A stretch of 63,788 bases of DNA, the filler included, from Licmophora abbreviata (Eukaryota), in the NCBI GenBank assembly GCA_900291995.1. It is 25 parts of 25 records of this genome, joined end to end, with 100 filler letters (N's around TTAATTAATTAA, not from the genome) between each part and the next. Parts side by side here need not be neighbours in the genome. Positions count along the whole stretch, not along the records: positions 1 to 4,259 come from OLMU01006243.1; positions 4,360 to 14,674 come from OLMU01006246.1; 23 more parts are not named here. One strand, 5' to 3'. Numbering within the stretch: position 1 is the stretch's first letter; every line of letters begins with the position of its first letter. The notes under the pieces were generated by a model. The model saw only the letters and a list, made by a program, of their open reading frames with translations, was not told the DNA's origin and did not search any database. Shown here one piece after another: positions 1 through 9,350 of the stretch. Both the position numbers and the translations under genes were made by a program.

Positions 1-57
1 TTCGCTGTGCTCTGTCGCAATGTCAGCTTACAAGCGTTCACCCGGTCGCCCGTGATC

Positions 58-92
58 AAGCGCGCCCCACCTCGTGGGACAAGGGCGCGCTT
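58..92 (-). terminator. GC-rich hairpin just downstream of cusF (possible terminator)
   Basis: Inverted repeat AAGCGCGCCC (58-67) / GGGCGCGCTT (83-92) 17 nt after the cusF stop; no strong U-tract. Confidence 0.4.
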
Positions 93-109
93 TCTGCGGC
101 GGAACCGCC

Positions 110-442
110 TTACTCTTTGGGCATAAGGGCGCGAATGGCATACATGCCGTCTTCGCCCTTTTCGAGCATCATCATCACCTCATCGCCCGCCTCTACGCCG
201 TCGATCTCGGCCCCGTCCAGCACGGTCAGGTCCATCGTCATCGCAGGCCAGCCGATCTCAGTGATGGGACCGTGCGAAATATTGGCCATGCCGTCACCGA
301 GGCTGTTGAGCGTTGCCGCGGCGTGAATGCCTTCCATGCCCTCATGCGAGGACATGTCATGGCCTGAATGGGAACTGTCACTGGCCAGAGCGAGGGACGG
401 TGCGGCCAAGGCTAGAGCGAGGGAAAGCAGGATTCTACGCAT
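110..442 (-). CDS. cusF: Periplasmic copper/silver chaperone, CusF family
   Basis: Start at MRRILLSL (ATG 442, AAGGAG RBS), signal peptide, His/Met-rich N-terminus, HGPITEIGWPAMTMDL CusF motif. Confidence 0.85.
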   Translation of the reverse strand: MRRILLSLALALAAPSLALASDSSHSGHDMSSHEGMEGIHAAATLNSLGDGMANISHGPITEIGWPAMTMDLTVLDGAEIDGVEAGDEVMMMLEKGEDGMYAIRALMPKE

Positions 443-473
443 TTTGATCTCCTTTTGCGCATATGTCGCCCGG

Positions 474-3400
474 TCATTCGCCGGGCTGGGGGGAGTGGAA
501 GGGACGGACGGGTTGCAGCATCTGCCGGTTGACCCGCCCAAGTGAAAAACGTTTCCAGATGACGAAGATCGCCGGGATCACGAAGAGCGTCAGGAGCGTG
601 GCGGTGGCCATGCCGCCAATCATCGGCGCGGCGATGCGCCGCATCACCTCGGACCCGGTGGCATCACCATACATGATCGGGATCAGTCCCGCGAAGATCG
701 TGGCGACAGTCATCAGCTTGGGCCGCAGGCGCAGAAGTGCGCCCTCGAACACGGCTGTCTCGATGTCGTCGCGGTTGATCGCTCGGCCTTGCTCCTTGGC
801 GGCCAGAACACGCCGGTCCCATGCAAGGTTGAGGTAGAGCAACATCACGATGGCCGTCTCGACCGCCACGCCAGCGAGGGCAATGAAGCCCACGAGCACC
901 GCGACCGACACAGCATAGCCCAAGGTGAAAATCAGCCAAACACCCCCAGCCAGCGCCACAGGCAGCGCCAGCAAAATGATCGCCACTTCGGTTACCCGGT
1001 TGAAGGCGAGAAACAGCATGAGCGTGATGATCATCAAGGTCGCGGGTGCCACGAAGCCAAGCCGTTCCTGCACGCGCTCGATATATTCGTACTGTCCCGA
1101 CCAGGCGATGGAATATCCTGGCGGCAGGTCGACGTTTTCCGCCACGACCTGCTGCGCCTCGGCCACATAACTGCCAAGGTCCCGCCCGGCGATATCAATG
1201 AAGACGAAACCAGTGCGACGCGCGTTTTCCGACCGGATCATACCCGGCCCATCGACCAGTTTCACCTCGGCAACCGCGCCCAAGGGAATATGTGCACCAG
1301 ACGGCGTGACGATCGGCAGATCATCCAGCCTGTCCGGGCTGTCCCGCCAGTCGCGAGGATAGCGCAGATTGATCGGGAAGCGTTCCAGACCTTCAACCGA
1401 CTCGGCGATGGTTTGCCCGCCGATAGCGGTTTGCACCACCTCCTGCACATCTTGGATCGAGAGCGCATAGCGGGCCGCTGCGGCGCGGTCGATGTCGATT
1501 TCTATGAACCGCCCGCCCACGGGCCGTTCAGCATAGGCGGAGGTTGTGCCGGGTATGTCGGTCACGATCTGTTCCACCGCCACCGCGATGTCTTCGATGA
1601 CGTTCAGATCCGCGCCCGAGACCTTGACGCCTACGGGCGTCTTGATTCCCGTCGCCAACATATCGATGCGGTTCTTGATCGGCTGAATCCAGACGTTGGT
1701 GACGCCGGGCACCTGCACGCGGGCATCCAGTTCATTGCGGATGTCATCCATGCCGACATCAGGCCGCCAGTCCTCGCGCGGTTTCAGTTGAATCGTGGTC
1801 TCGATCATCGTCAGAGGCGCGGGATCCGTCGCCGTGTCGGCGCGGCCCAGCTTGCCGTGTACGGTCGCGACCTCGGGCACCTGCGCGATCATGCGATTTG
1901 TCTGTTGCAGAACCTCGCGCGCCTTGCCGATGGATACGCCGGGGTAAAGCGAGGGCATGTAGAGAAAATCACCCTCGTTCAACTCTGGCATGAATTCAGT
2001 GCCCAGACGTTGCAGAGGATGCGCCATGGAGCCAACCAGCGCCATGGCCAGCAGAACCGTGGCCCAAGGCCAAGCGACAGCAGCATCCAGGAATGGGCGA
2101 TAAATCCACTGGCAGGCCACAGTCAGCGGGTTGCGCCGCTCGGCCACGATCTTTCCCCTGATGAAATAGCCCATAAGCACCGGCACCAGCGTCACTGACA
2201 GGATCGCGGCGGCGGCCATGGCGTAGGTCTTGGTAAAGGCGAGCGGTTTGAAAAGCCGCCCTTCCTGTGCCTCCAGCACGAAGACCGGCAGGAAGCTGAC
2301 CGTGATGATCGCCAGAGAGTAGAAGAGGGCCGGGCCGACCTCGGCGGACGCATCGCGCGCGGCCTCCCAGCGTTCTTCGGAGGAAAGCCGCTTGCCTTCC
2401 ATTTTGCGGTGCATGGCTTCAATCATCACCACGGCGGCATCCACCATCGCGCCGATGGCAATGGCGATCCCGCCCAGCGACATGATGTTGGCATTGACGC
2501 CCTGCAGGCGCATCACCGCAAAGGCCGCCAGTATGCCCAACGGCAGAAACAGCACGATCACCAGTGATGAGCGCAAGTGCAACAGAAAGGCGCCACAGAC
2601 CAGCACGACGACGATGAATTCCTCGGTCAGCTTTTTCTGAAGGTTTTCGATGGCCCGCTCGATCACGCCCGAACGGTCGTAGGTGGTCACGATCTCCACC
2701 CCCTCGGGCAGCGAGGCGCGCAGCTCATCGATCTTTTTCTCGACCGCGTTGATTGTCGCCAGAGCGTTTTCGCCCCATCGCATGACGATCACCGCGCCTA
2801 CGGCGTCGCCTTCGCCGTTGAACTCGCCCACGCCGCGCCGCATTTGCGGGCCAAGCCGGATCTCGGCCACATCCCCCAGCGTGACGGCAGCGCCCCGGTC
2901 GTTGACCACCAGAGGGATTTCGGACAGGTCCTCGATACTGTCGACATAGCCAGTGGCGCGGACCATGTATTCGGCTTCGGCCATCTCGATCACGCTGCCG
3001 CCGCTTTCGCGGTTGGCTTCGCCGATGGCCGCGCGCAGCTTGGACAGCGGAATGTCGAAGGCGCGCAGCTTGTCGGGGTCGACCACAACCTGGTACTGTT
3101 TGACCATGCCACCGATGGTTGCCACCTCGGAAACGCCCTCGATTGTCTGGAGTTCGTATTTCAGGAACCAGTCCTGTAACGTCCTTAGTTGCGAAAGGTC
3201 ATGCGAGCCGGTGCGGTCAACCAACACGTATTGGTAAATCCAGCCGACGCCTGTGGCATCGGGACCAAGTTCAGGGCTCACGCCTGCGGGAAGGCGTGAC
3301 TGTACCTGGGCCAGATATTCCAGCACCCGCGACCGCGCCCAGTAAAGATCGGTGCCGTCCTCGAACACGACATAGACATAGCTGTCACCGAAGAAGGAAA

Positions 3401-3653
3401 AGCCGCGCACGTCCACCGCGCCGGGGACCGACAACATGGCCGTGGTGATCGGATAGGTCACTTGATCCTCGACCACCTGCGGGGCCTGCCCGGCATAGGG
3501 TGTCTTGATGATGACCTGTACGTCCGACAGGTCCGGGATGGCGTCTACCGGCGTGGTGCGCAGCGCCCAGAAGCCGCCCGCCCCGAGAAAGAGCGTAAGC
3601 ACGATCACGATGAAGCGGTTGGCGATGGACCAGCGGATGATGGCGGGGATCAT
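474..3653 (-). CDS. cusA: Heavy-metal RND efflux permease CusA/SilA
   Basis: 1059 aa; DAIPDLSDVQVII, GPDATGVGWIYQY, AIGAMVDAAVVMIE, RLRPKLMT motifs. Confidence 0.95.
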   Translation of the reverse strand: MIPAIIRWSIANRFIVIVLTLFLGAGGFWALRTTPVDAIPDLSDVQVIIKTPYAGQAPQVVEDQVTYPITTAMLSVPGAVDVRGFSFFGDSYVYVVFEDGTDLYWARSRVLEYLAQVQSRLPAGVSPELGPDATGVGWIYQYVLVDRTGSHDLSQLRTLQDWFLKYELQTIEGVSEVATIGGMVKQYQVVVDPDKLRAFDIPLSKLRAAIGEANRESGGSVIEMAEAEYMVRATGYVDSIEDLSEIPLVVNDRGAAVTLGDVAEIRLGPQMRRGVGEFNGEGDAVGAVIVMRWGENALATINAVEKKIDELRASLPEGVEIVTTYDRSGVIERAIENLQKKLTEEFIVVVLVCGAFLLHLRSSLVIVLFLPLGILAAFAVMRLQGVNANIMSLGGIAIAIGAMVDAAVVMIEAMHRKMEGKRLSSEERWEAARDASAEVGPALFYSLAIITVSFLPVFVLEAQEGRLFKPLAFTKTYAMAAAAILSVTLVPVLMGYFIRGKIVAERRNPLTVACQWIYRPFLDAAVAWPWATVLLAMALVGSMAHPLQRLGTEFMPELNEGDFLYMPSLYPGVSIGKAREVLQQTNRMIAQVPEVATVHGKLGRADTATDPAPLTMIETTIQLKPREDWRPDVGMDDIRNELDARVQVPGVTNVWIQPIKNRIDMLATGIKTPVGVKVSGADLNVIEDIAVAVEQIVTDIPGTTSAYAERPVGGRFIEIDIDRAAAARYALSIQDVQEVVQTAIGGQTIAESVEGLERFPINLRYPRDWRDSPDRLDDLPIVTPSGAHIPLGAVAEVKLVDGPGMIRSENARRTGFVFIDIAGRDLGSYVAEAQQVVAENVDLPPGYSIAWSGQYEYIERVQERLGFVAPATLMIITLMLFLAFNRVTEVAIILLALPVALAGGVWLIFTLGYAVSVAVLVGFIALAGVAVETAIVMLLYLNLAWDRRVLAAKEQGRAINRDDIETAVFEGALLRLRPKLMTVATIFAGLIPIMYGDATGSEVMRRIAAPMIGGMATATLLTLFVIPAIFVIWKRFSLGRVNRQMLQPVRPFHSPQPGE

Positions 3654-4259
3654 TGGCCCGGCTCCGAGGTTCCGACGAGCGACAGGCTCATATCCGCATC
3701 CTGCATCAGCAAAAGACCGGTTTCCTGTCCGACCGGCAAATCGGACGGGTCGACATCCCCTGCAAGGGCAAAATCCATCGTCATCCCGGGCATGCCTATC
3801 GCGGCAATCGGCCCGTGGGTGATATTGACCATTCCAGCCTCGGCATCGACGCTGTTGATCGTGCCGGTCACGGTCATAGGTTCGGCCTTTGTCTCGACTG
3901 CGTCCAGCACCATGGTCAGGCCATCGGGCCGCACGAAGGTCAGGATCACATCCTGCTCCATGGGCAATTCCGTCAGATCAAGCGCGTCAGTCAGCGCGAA
4001 GTCCATCGTCATCCCCGGCATGCCGATTTCGGCAATCGGGCCATGCGCTATGGTGGCCATGCCGGTCTCGGCATCGATCGCTTCTATACGGCCATCGACG
4101 ATGATCGGCGGTGCGGCCGCGACTTGGGGTTCGGTATGCGCCGTCTCGCGCGCGACCTCGGCCTCGTCACCCATTGCTCGTACGGCCACGATGACGGCCA
4201 AGCCGTCCTCGCTTGCAGAGAGATCGAAAGACACAGGCGCTCCCAGCGGGATCGCGGTT
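3650..4259 (-). CDS. cusB: C-terminal tandem CusF-like domains, most likely the 3' part of cusB (split by linker)
   Basis: Two complete HGPIxxIGMPGMTMDF domains plus the tail of a third; stop overlaps the cusA start; open at contig edge. Confidence 0.7.
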
Positions 4260-4359
4260 NNNNNNNNNNNNNNNNNNNNNNNNNNNNNNNNNNNNNNNNN
4301 NNNTTAATTAATTAANNNNNNNNNNNNNNNNNNNNNNNNNNNNNNNNNNNNNNNNNNNN
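4260..4359. other. Artificial contig linker (N-run, TTAATTAATTAA, N-run); recurs about 27 times in the window
   Basis: Identical six-frame-stop linker flanked by Ns at every junction. Confidence 0.99.
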
Positions 4360-5285
4360 TTGGGCCGTAACAGCCCGTCTTCATTGTCGAAACGTAACCG
4401 CACGCGCAGCGTGCGCGTCTTGGCGTCGAGTTCCGGAAAGATGTAATCGATTTTGCCAGCAAAGACCTGCCCCGGCAGGTGATCGAACCGGGCCTCGGCG
4501 CGCATGTCGTCTGATATCAGCCCCATGTCCCGCTCGAACACATCCACCATCAGCCATACCGACGCGGTATCGGCCAGCGACATCGCGCGCGTGTCCGGGC
4601 GCAAGTACATCCCGTCGGCAGCCTCGAGCGCGAAGACCACGCCATCCTGCGGGGCGTAGAACCGGACGCGCTGCGCTGGACGGTCCGCAAACGCCATCTC
4701 GTCGATCTGCCGCGGGTTGACGCCGAAATTCATCAGCTTGGTGCGAGCGATTGCGATTTCGTCGACATCGCCAGAGCGCGTGGCCCGCAATAGCTCAGAA
4801 CTGGCGATGGTGATTTCAGGGGCATAAAGATCGAAAAGCAGGTCACCTTCCGAGACCGCATCCCCCACGGCCCGCACGTTCAGACGTTCGATCCAGCCCT
4901 CGACCCGGGTATGGATATGGCTGGTCGCGTGCCCGTCGTAATCGACGAAGCCCACGGTCTCGATCCGGTGCGCGATATCCTCAACCCGCGCCACTGCGGT
5001 GCGCACGCCGATGGTGTTCACCTCGGCCGCAGATAGAGTTACCTGCTCGGGGTCGCCCAACGGCTCCTGGCCTTCGTAAACCGGGACAAGGTCCATGCCC
5101 ATCGGCGACTTGCCCGGGCCGTCCTTGCGGAAATTCGGGTCCATCGGCGCAACCCAGTAAAGGATGTTGTCCCCGTCGTCGCCAGCGTCCATCGACTGAG
5201 CCATCCGGTCGCGTTCATAGAGCACGCCACCGGCACCACCTGCGGCTAGCGCCATGATCGCCAGCGCGAAATATCGTCCACGCAT
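4360..5285 (-). CDS. cusB: RND periplasmic adaptor CusB, 5' part
   Basis: N-terminal anchor, YWVAPMDPNFRKDGPGKSPMGMDLVP metal-binding motif, GWIERLNV, TRTLRVRL. Confidence 0.9.
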
Positions 5286-5375
5286 AATGCATACCTGTCT
5301 CTTGGGGCGCCGCGGAGGCACCGCGGCATAAAAGGCCGGACGCGCGAAAGCGCCCGGACCGTTCCAGTCAAGGGA

Positions 5376-5735
5376 TCAAGCGTGTTTCGGGGGTTTCTTG
5401 GCGCGCTTGGGCTCAGCTTGGGTCAGGCGTGCTGCAATGGGGCGCGCATATCCAACCTGTAGAGGCCGCGCCTCTGGCCAAACTGCACTGAAATCGGGGA
5501 TTTCAGAGAAGCAACAGACCGTCATCTTGCAGGCTGCATAGCCCTTCTGCACCAGGGCGCCGGACTTGTCCATTGTCGAACAATCGCTGCCATGACCCGC
5601 CGCATGGTCCATAATCTGTGCGGACCCGTCGCTTTGCGCTGCATCGGTGGAAGTCATCCCGATGGAGCCCGTCACCAACATCGCTATAATGACGACCATC
5701 AGGCATTGAGAAAGAATGCTGCGCAAATATTCCAT
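5376..5735 (-). CDS. Small exported His/Cys protein with Pro-rich C-terminus (CutF/DUF2946-like leader ORF)
   Basis: Signal-like N-terminus, DHAAGH..C, CKMTVCC, ends EPKRAKKPPKHA; directly upstream of cusB. Confidence 0.55.
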   Translation of the reverse strand: MEYLRSILSQCLMVVIIAMLVTGSIGMTSTDAAQSDGSAQIMDHAAGHGSDCSTMDKSGALVQKGYAACKMTVCCFSEIPDFSAVWPEARPLQVGYARPIAARLTQAEPKRAKKPPKHA

Positions 5736-5849
5736 AAGCGAAGGATATCGGGCTTGGCGCCGCTGTCCAGTGGAACCTTGCGCGCGATAGCCGAACGGCG
5801 CCCAATTTTTCGTGAATTGAGAGATGAAGTTTCGAGTGTCGGTCTGGCA

Positions 5850-6023
5850 TCAGGTGATCCCATGGGACAGCTTGACCTCGCGGAGACAGGCGGCGATCGC
5901 GACAATGTCGCTGCGGGTCGGCCCGTCTTGTGCCGGCGTGTTCCCGAATGTCATTCCATCACCGCCGATAGTCGTGAAATATGCGGTCGCCGCTTCGGCA
6001 GAGGCAGCGACCGCGCCGATGGC
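5850..6023 (-). pseudogene. Internally deleted remnant of a small c-type cytochrome
   Basis: Frame reads AIGAVAASAEAATAYF...FGNTPAQDGPTRSDIVAIAACLREVKLSHGIT*, like the FGNMP...TRxDVxxIxAYVRExQxxNGI tail of Roseobacter copper-cluster cytochromes; no CxxCH. Confidence 0.5.
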
Positions 6024-6926
6024 TCAATCAGTGCCAGGCATGTCCTTGTCCAACAGGTACGCGGCCATCGCCCGGCGATCCTCTTCGCTCAGCCATGACG
6101 TGCCGTGTTGCACCACCTCGCCCATGCCACCGCCGAATGTGTTCCCGTCCGGCATCACACCCGATTTCAGCCCGAAGGCCAGCGAGGATACGGTCCAGCC
6201 CGCGTTGCGCAGATCGCCGGGGCGAATTGGTGGGGCTTTGCCCCCATCCGGAAGGTCGTCGCTGCCAGAAAGATATTTGTCTGCTCGTCGTCCGCCAAGG
6301 ACATTGCGATCCGTATGGCATGCTCCGCAATGGGCCAGCCCGTTGACCAGCCAACGACCACGGTTCCAGGTCTCGGACCTGTCAGCGTCGGTCTCGGTCG
6401 TCGGCCCCTTGGCATAGGCTGCCCGCCAGAGCTTTAGCCCGAAGCGCAAGTTGAAAGGAAAGGCGATGTCATGCGCCCCCGCTGTCACGTCCTGCGCCTG
6501 CACGTCCTGGAACGCCGCCCAGAGGTCGGCGATATCCTGATCGCCCAGGTGGCCGTAGAAGGTATAGGGAAAGGACGGGTAATAGGGAGTGCCATCCGGG
6601 GCCACGCCCTGGCGCACGGCGCGGGCGAAATCGTCGATGGACCAATCGCCGATACCCGCCATTTGGTGCGGGGTGATATTGGGCGGCACGAAACGGCCAA
6701 AGTCCGTTTTGATGGGCGCTCCACCGGTTAGGGCGGGGCGACCGGAGCCGGGATCGGAATGGCAGGAGATGCAGCCACCGGCCCGGGCAAGATAGGCTCC
6801 GCGCCGTGGATCGCCCTTGCGCTCCGTCAGTTCGGGGGACGCGCCGATGGGCCAGACGACGAGAGACACGCCGCCCAGCCCAACCATCGCTGCGATGGCC
6901 AGAACTGCAAACAGGACACGTCGCAT
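6024..6926 (-). CDS. Diheme cytochrome c (gluconate/alcohol dehydrogenase cytochrome subunit-like)
   Basis: CISCH and CGACH heme motifs, PPNITP, YYPSFPY, GGGMGEVV. Confidence 0.9.
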   Translation of the reverse strand: MRRVLFAVLAIAAMVGLGGVSLVVWPIGASPELTERKGDPRRGAYLARAGGCISCHSDPGSGRPALTGGAPIKTDFGRFVPPNITPHQMAGIGDWSIDDFARAVRQGVAPDGTPYYPSFPYTFYGHLGDQDIADLWAAFQDVQAQDVTAGAHDIAFPFNLRFGLKLWRAAYAKGPTTETDADRSETWNRGRWLVNGLAHCGACHTDRNVLGGRRADKYLSGSDDLPDGGKAPPIRPGDLRNAGWTVSSLAFGLKSGVMPDGNTFGGGMGEVVQHGTSWLSEEDRRAMAAYLLDKDMPGTD

Positions 6927-6928
6927 GA

Positions 6929-7492
6929 TCAGTCGTCGTCTTTACGGTACCGGTCGTGGCAGGCCGAACAGGTCTGTGTCAGCATTGTAAAGGCCCCATC
7001 AGCGGGCATCTGGCCTATCTGTTCGGCGGTCATGCCACTGGCCCCGCCTGTGTTGCCCATCATCATGCCACCCCCCATCATGCCTGACTGATCACTCATC
7101 ATGTGACCGTCACCATGCAGCCCGTTTTCTGCCGCCAAGGCAAGCCCTCTCGCGGCCACCTCAAGTTGATCGGCAAGTGCTACGAACCGCTCCCACTCGT
7201 CCCAGGTGCGCGGCAGCACCTCCGAAGGATGGTCGGTCGAGCCTTCCGGGAATTGGCTGGTCATGGCCTCACCCGAGTCATTGGCGATGGCCTGCGCGGC
7301 CGCGCGCACTGTGGCTTCGTCATAGGCAGCTTCGCCGGACATCATCGGCGTGATCCGCTTGATCGCCTCGCCCATGGATTTCATCGCATCCATGCGCTCC
7401 TTGACCACGCCGGTTGCCCCCGAATGGGCGAAAGCTGTGGCGGAGAGGCCAATTATCGCGGCACCGCCCAGTAAAAGTCTTCTGAATGTCAT
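6929..7492 (-). CDS. Cytochrome c' / c556 with His/Met/Gly-rich insertion
   Basis: Signal peptide, AHSGATGVVKERMDAM, C-terminal CSACHDRYR. Confidence 0.9.
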   Translation of the reverse strand: MTFRRLLLGGAAIIGLSATAFAHSGATGVVKERMDAMKSMGEAIKRITPMMSGEAAYDEATVRAAAQAIANDSGEAMTSQFPEGSTDHPSEVLPRTWDEWERFVALADQLEVAARGLALAAENGLHGDGHMMSDQSGMMGGGMMMGNTGGASGMTAEQIGQMPADGAFTMLTQTCSACHDRYRKDDD

Positions 7493-7546
7493 TCCTGATC
7501 TCCCTTGATCCGATAAGTTTCACCCCGCAGGGCGGATCACTATCGT

Positions 7547-7891
7547 TCAAAGGCGTGGTGGGGGCGGATCTGTTGCCGAAGAGATCGATGCATGCCACGA
7601 TACAGCGAAGGTTCGCTCCAACTGGCTCAGAGAACCGTCGAGCGGCACAGTGGCCGGGACGAGTTGCAGGAATTGCACGACACAGGTGCCAGTCTTGTGA
7701 CAACAGGTCTCGGCCTCAAGACTGTATTCGCCGGTTGAATGTCCCTCAGACATCGCTGCACCGTAATGCATACCTTGCGGATGCGCAGACACAGATGCGC
7801 TCGTCGCGATGAGAAGTGCAACAAACGCGACCGAAAACCATACGGCTAAAAGGATCACGCGGTATCCGGCATGTGACATGCCGCGTAACAT
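7547..7891 (-). CDS. Small exported His/Cys protein with C-terminal PPPPR (CutF/DUF2946-like leader ORF)
   Basis: Signal peptide, His/Met stretch, CCHKTGTC, ends TDPPPPRL; first ORF of the cluster; start may be ATG 7879. Confidence 0.6.
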   Translation of the reverse strand: MLRGMSHAGYRVILLAVWFSVAFVALLIATSASVSAHPQGMHYGAAMSEGHSTGEYSLEAETCCHKTGTCVVQFLQLVPATVPLDGSLSQLERTFAVSWHASISSATDPPPPRL

Positions 7892-8430
7892 GCGGGATCC
7901 TGTCTGGAATTGTCAACATCAAGGCGTTCACGAGTGACTGTCAACTCACTACTTCCCCAGACTGCTCAGGCCGCTAAGTGAACACCGTGATCTGCCCTCT
8001 CGACAGTGCAAAACGAGGCTTCAGCTTGCGCCCTCAAAGACAAATGCTTGCCGGATCAGCAGCGGGCATTCGTTCCAAGAGACACTGGCTAGCGCTCAGG
8101 TCCGTTTGGGGAAGGTCTCAAGGCACGATCGGCAGCGGGCGTACCGGTTGCATATGCCGAACCTGCGACTCTTATGAGTGGAAGAGCGGTAGCATGAGGC
8201 CGATATCGAGATGCGCTAAGAGTAATCAGTTTTCACGACTGGTACCAACGGATGTGTGGGCGGGTATCCAGTCCGCATTTGGCTACTGACTTCATTGGAT
8301 TTTTCTGTAAGCTTGGCGCACTTTGCGTCAGGCAATATCAATAATTATGTGAGTGTGCTGTAAAACGGTTTGTGGAGGCCTACAGCAATTCACAGCTTGC
8401 GTTCTGCTCAGGATCGTATTCCCTGGGAGC

Positions 8431-9350
8431 ATGACAAAGTTCGTGCTGCTACATAAGGTGGACTCGATTACGACGACGAACATGATGTCGTCTACGACTT
8501 CCCGCGCAGCTACCTCAAAGCTGTCCGAGAGGCCGTGGGAGACTGGGTCATTTACTATGAGCCAGTGAAGGCTGGGCCGCGTGGGTATTTCGCAGTTGCG
8601 AAGATCGAGCGCGTGATCCCGAAGCCAGGAGTTGAAGGGCGCTTCCTCGCCATGATTGAGCCTGGCAGCTTCCTGCCGCTCGATACGGAAGTTCCAAAGC
8701 TGATCGACGGCAGTCCATTGGAACATGCACTCACTGAACCAGATGGAACCCCGAAGAAGGGTGGTGCCGTGCAGCTCGCGGTACGGCGTCTCCCGGATGA
8801 GGATTTCGCTCGGATCGTGCGATTGGGGCTTCCTGACGACCTCGAGAGGCAAGAAGCGACACGATACGATCCAGAGGGTTCTGAGGTGGCCGAGGAGGCC
8901 GGGATTTTCAAGCGTCCGGTTCTGGAACGTCGCACACGGCGCCCATACCGGGACGTCGCGTTCCGTCGGAAGGTGCGCGAGGCTTACGACTACCGCTGTG
9001 CCATATCTGGGCTGAAGCTCAGAAACGGTGGAGGGCGCCCGGAGGTACAGGCAGCTCATATCCGCACGGTTGAACACAACGGCAGCGATTCCGTGAGAAA
9101 CGGGCTGGCGCTGTCAGGGACATTGCATTGGATGTTTGATCGTGGGCTGATCTCGGTCGCTGACGATCACGAAACAATCCTTGTGTCTCGCAACAAGGTA
9201 CCGGGTGATGTTGTCGACCGGCTGTTGGGTCGTTACGGAGCGATCTGGAAGCCTGAGGGCAAAAGAAACTGAACACACCCCGCAAATCTGGCATGGCGTC
9301 GGGAGAACATTTTTGGTCAAATGGCAAGCGCGGGCAGGCTCCTTGGAAAT
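8431..9350 (+). pseudogene. Putative restriction-type HNH endonuclease, disrupted
   Basis: MTKFVLLHKVDSI then -1 frameshift near 8468 into YDDEHDVVYDFP...; CAISG...AAHIR...NGLALSGTLHWMFDRG HNH core; TGA at 9270-9272 precedes the expected HPANLAWxRENIF tail. Confidence 0.75.

Noticed and set aside
789..2198. Long plus-strand ORFs opposite cusA (also 54354-56150 opposite the glutamate synthase gene)
   Set aside because: Antisense shadows typical of high-GC coding DNA; no recognisable motifs.
4260..4359. Recurring TTAATTAATTAA as a CRISPR-like or biological repeat
   Set aside because: Always embedded in N-runs; it is a standard six-frame-stop assembly linker. ORFs ending in X..LIN are artefacts.
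9270..9272. TGA readthrough or selenocysteine producing an HNH-helicase fusion
   Set aside because: The gene has other lesions, no SECIS-like hairpin was recognised, and a natural stop is recoverable by a 1-nt shift near 9340.
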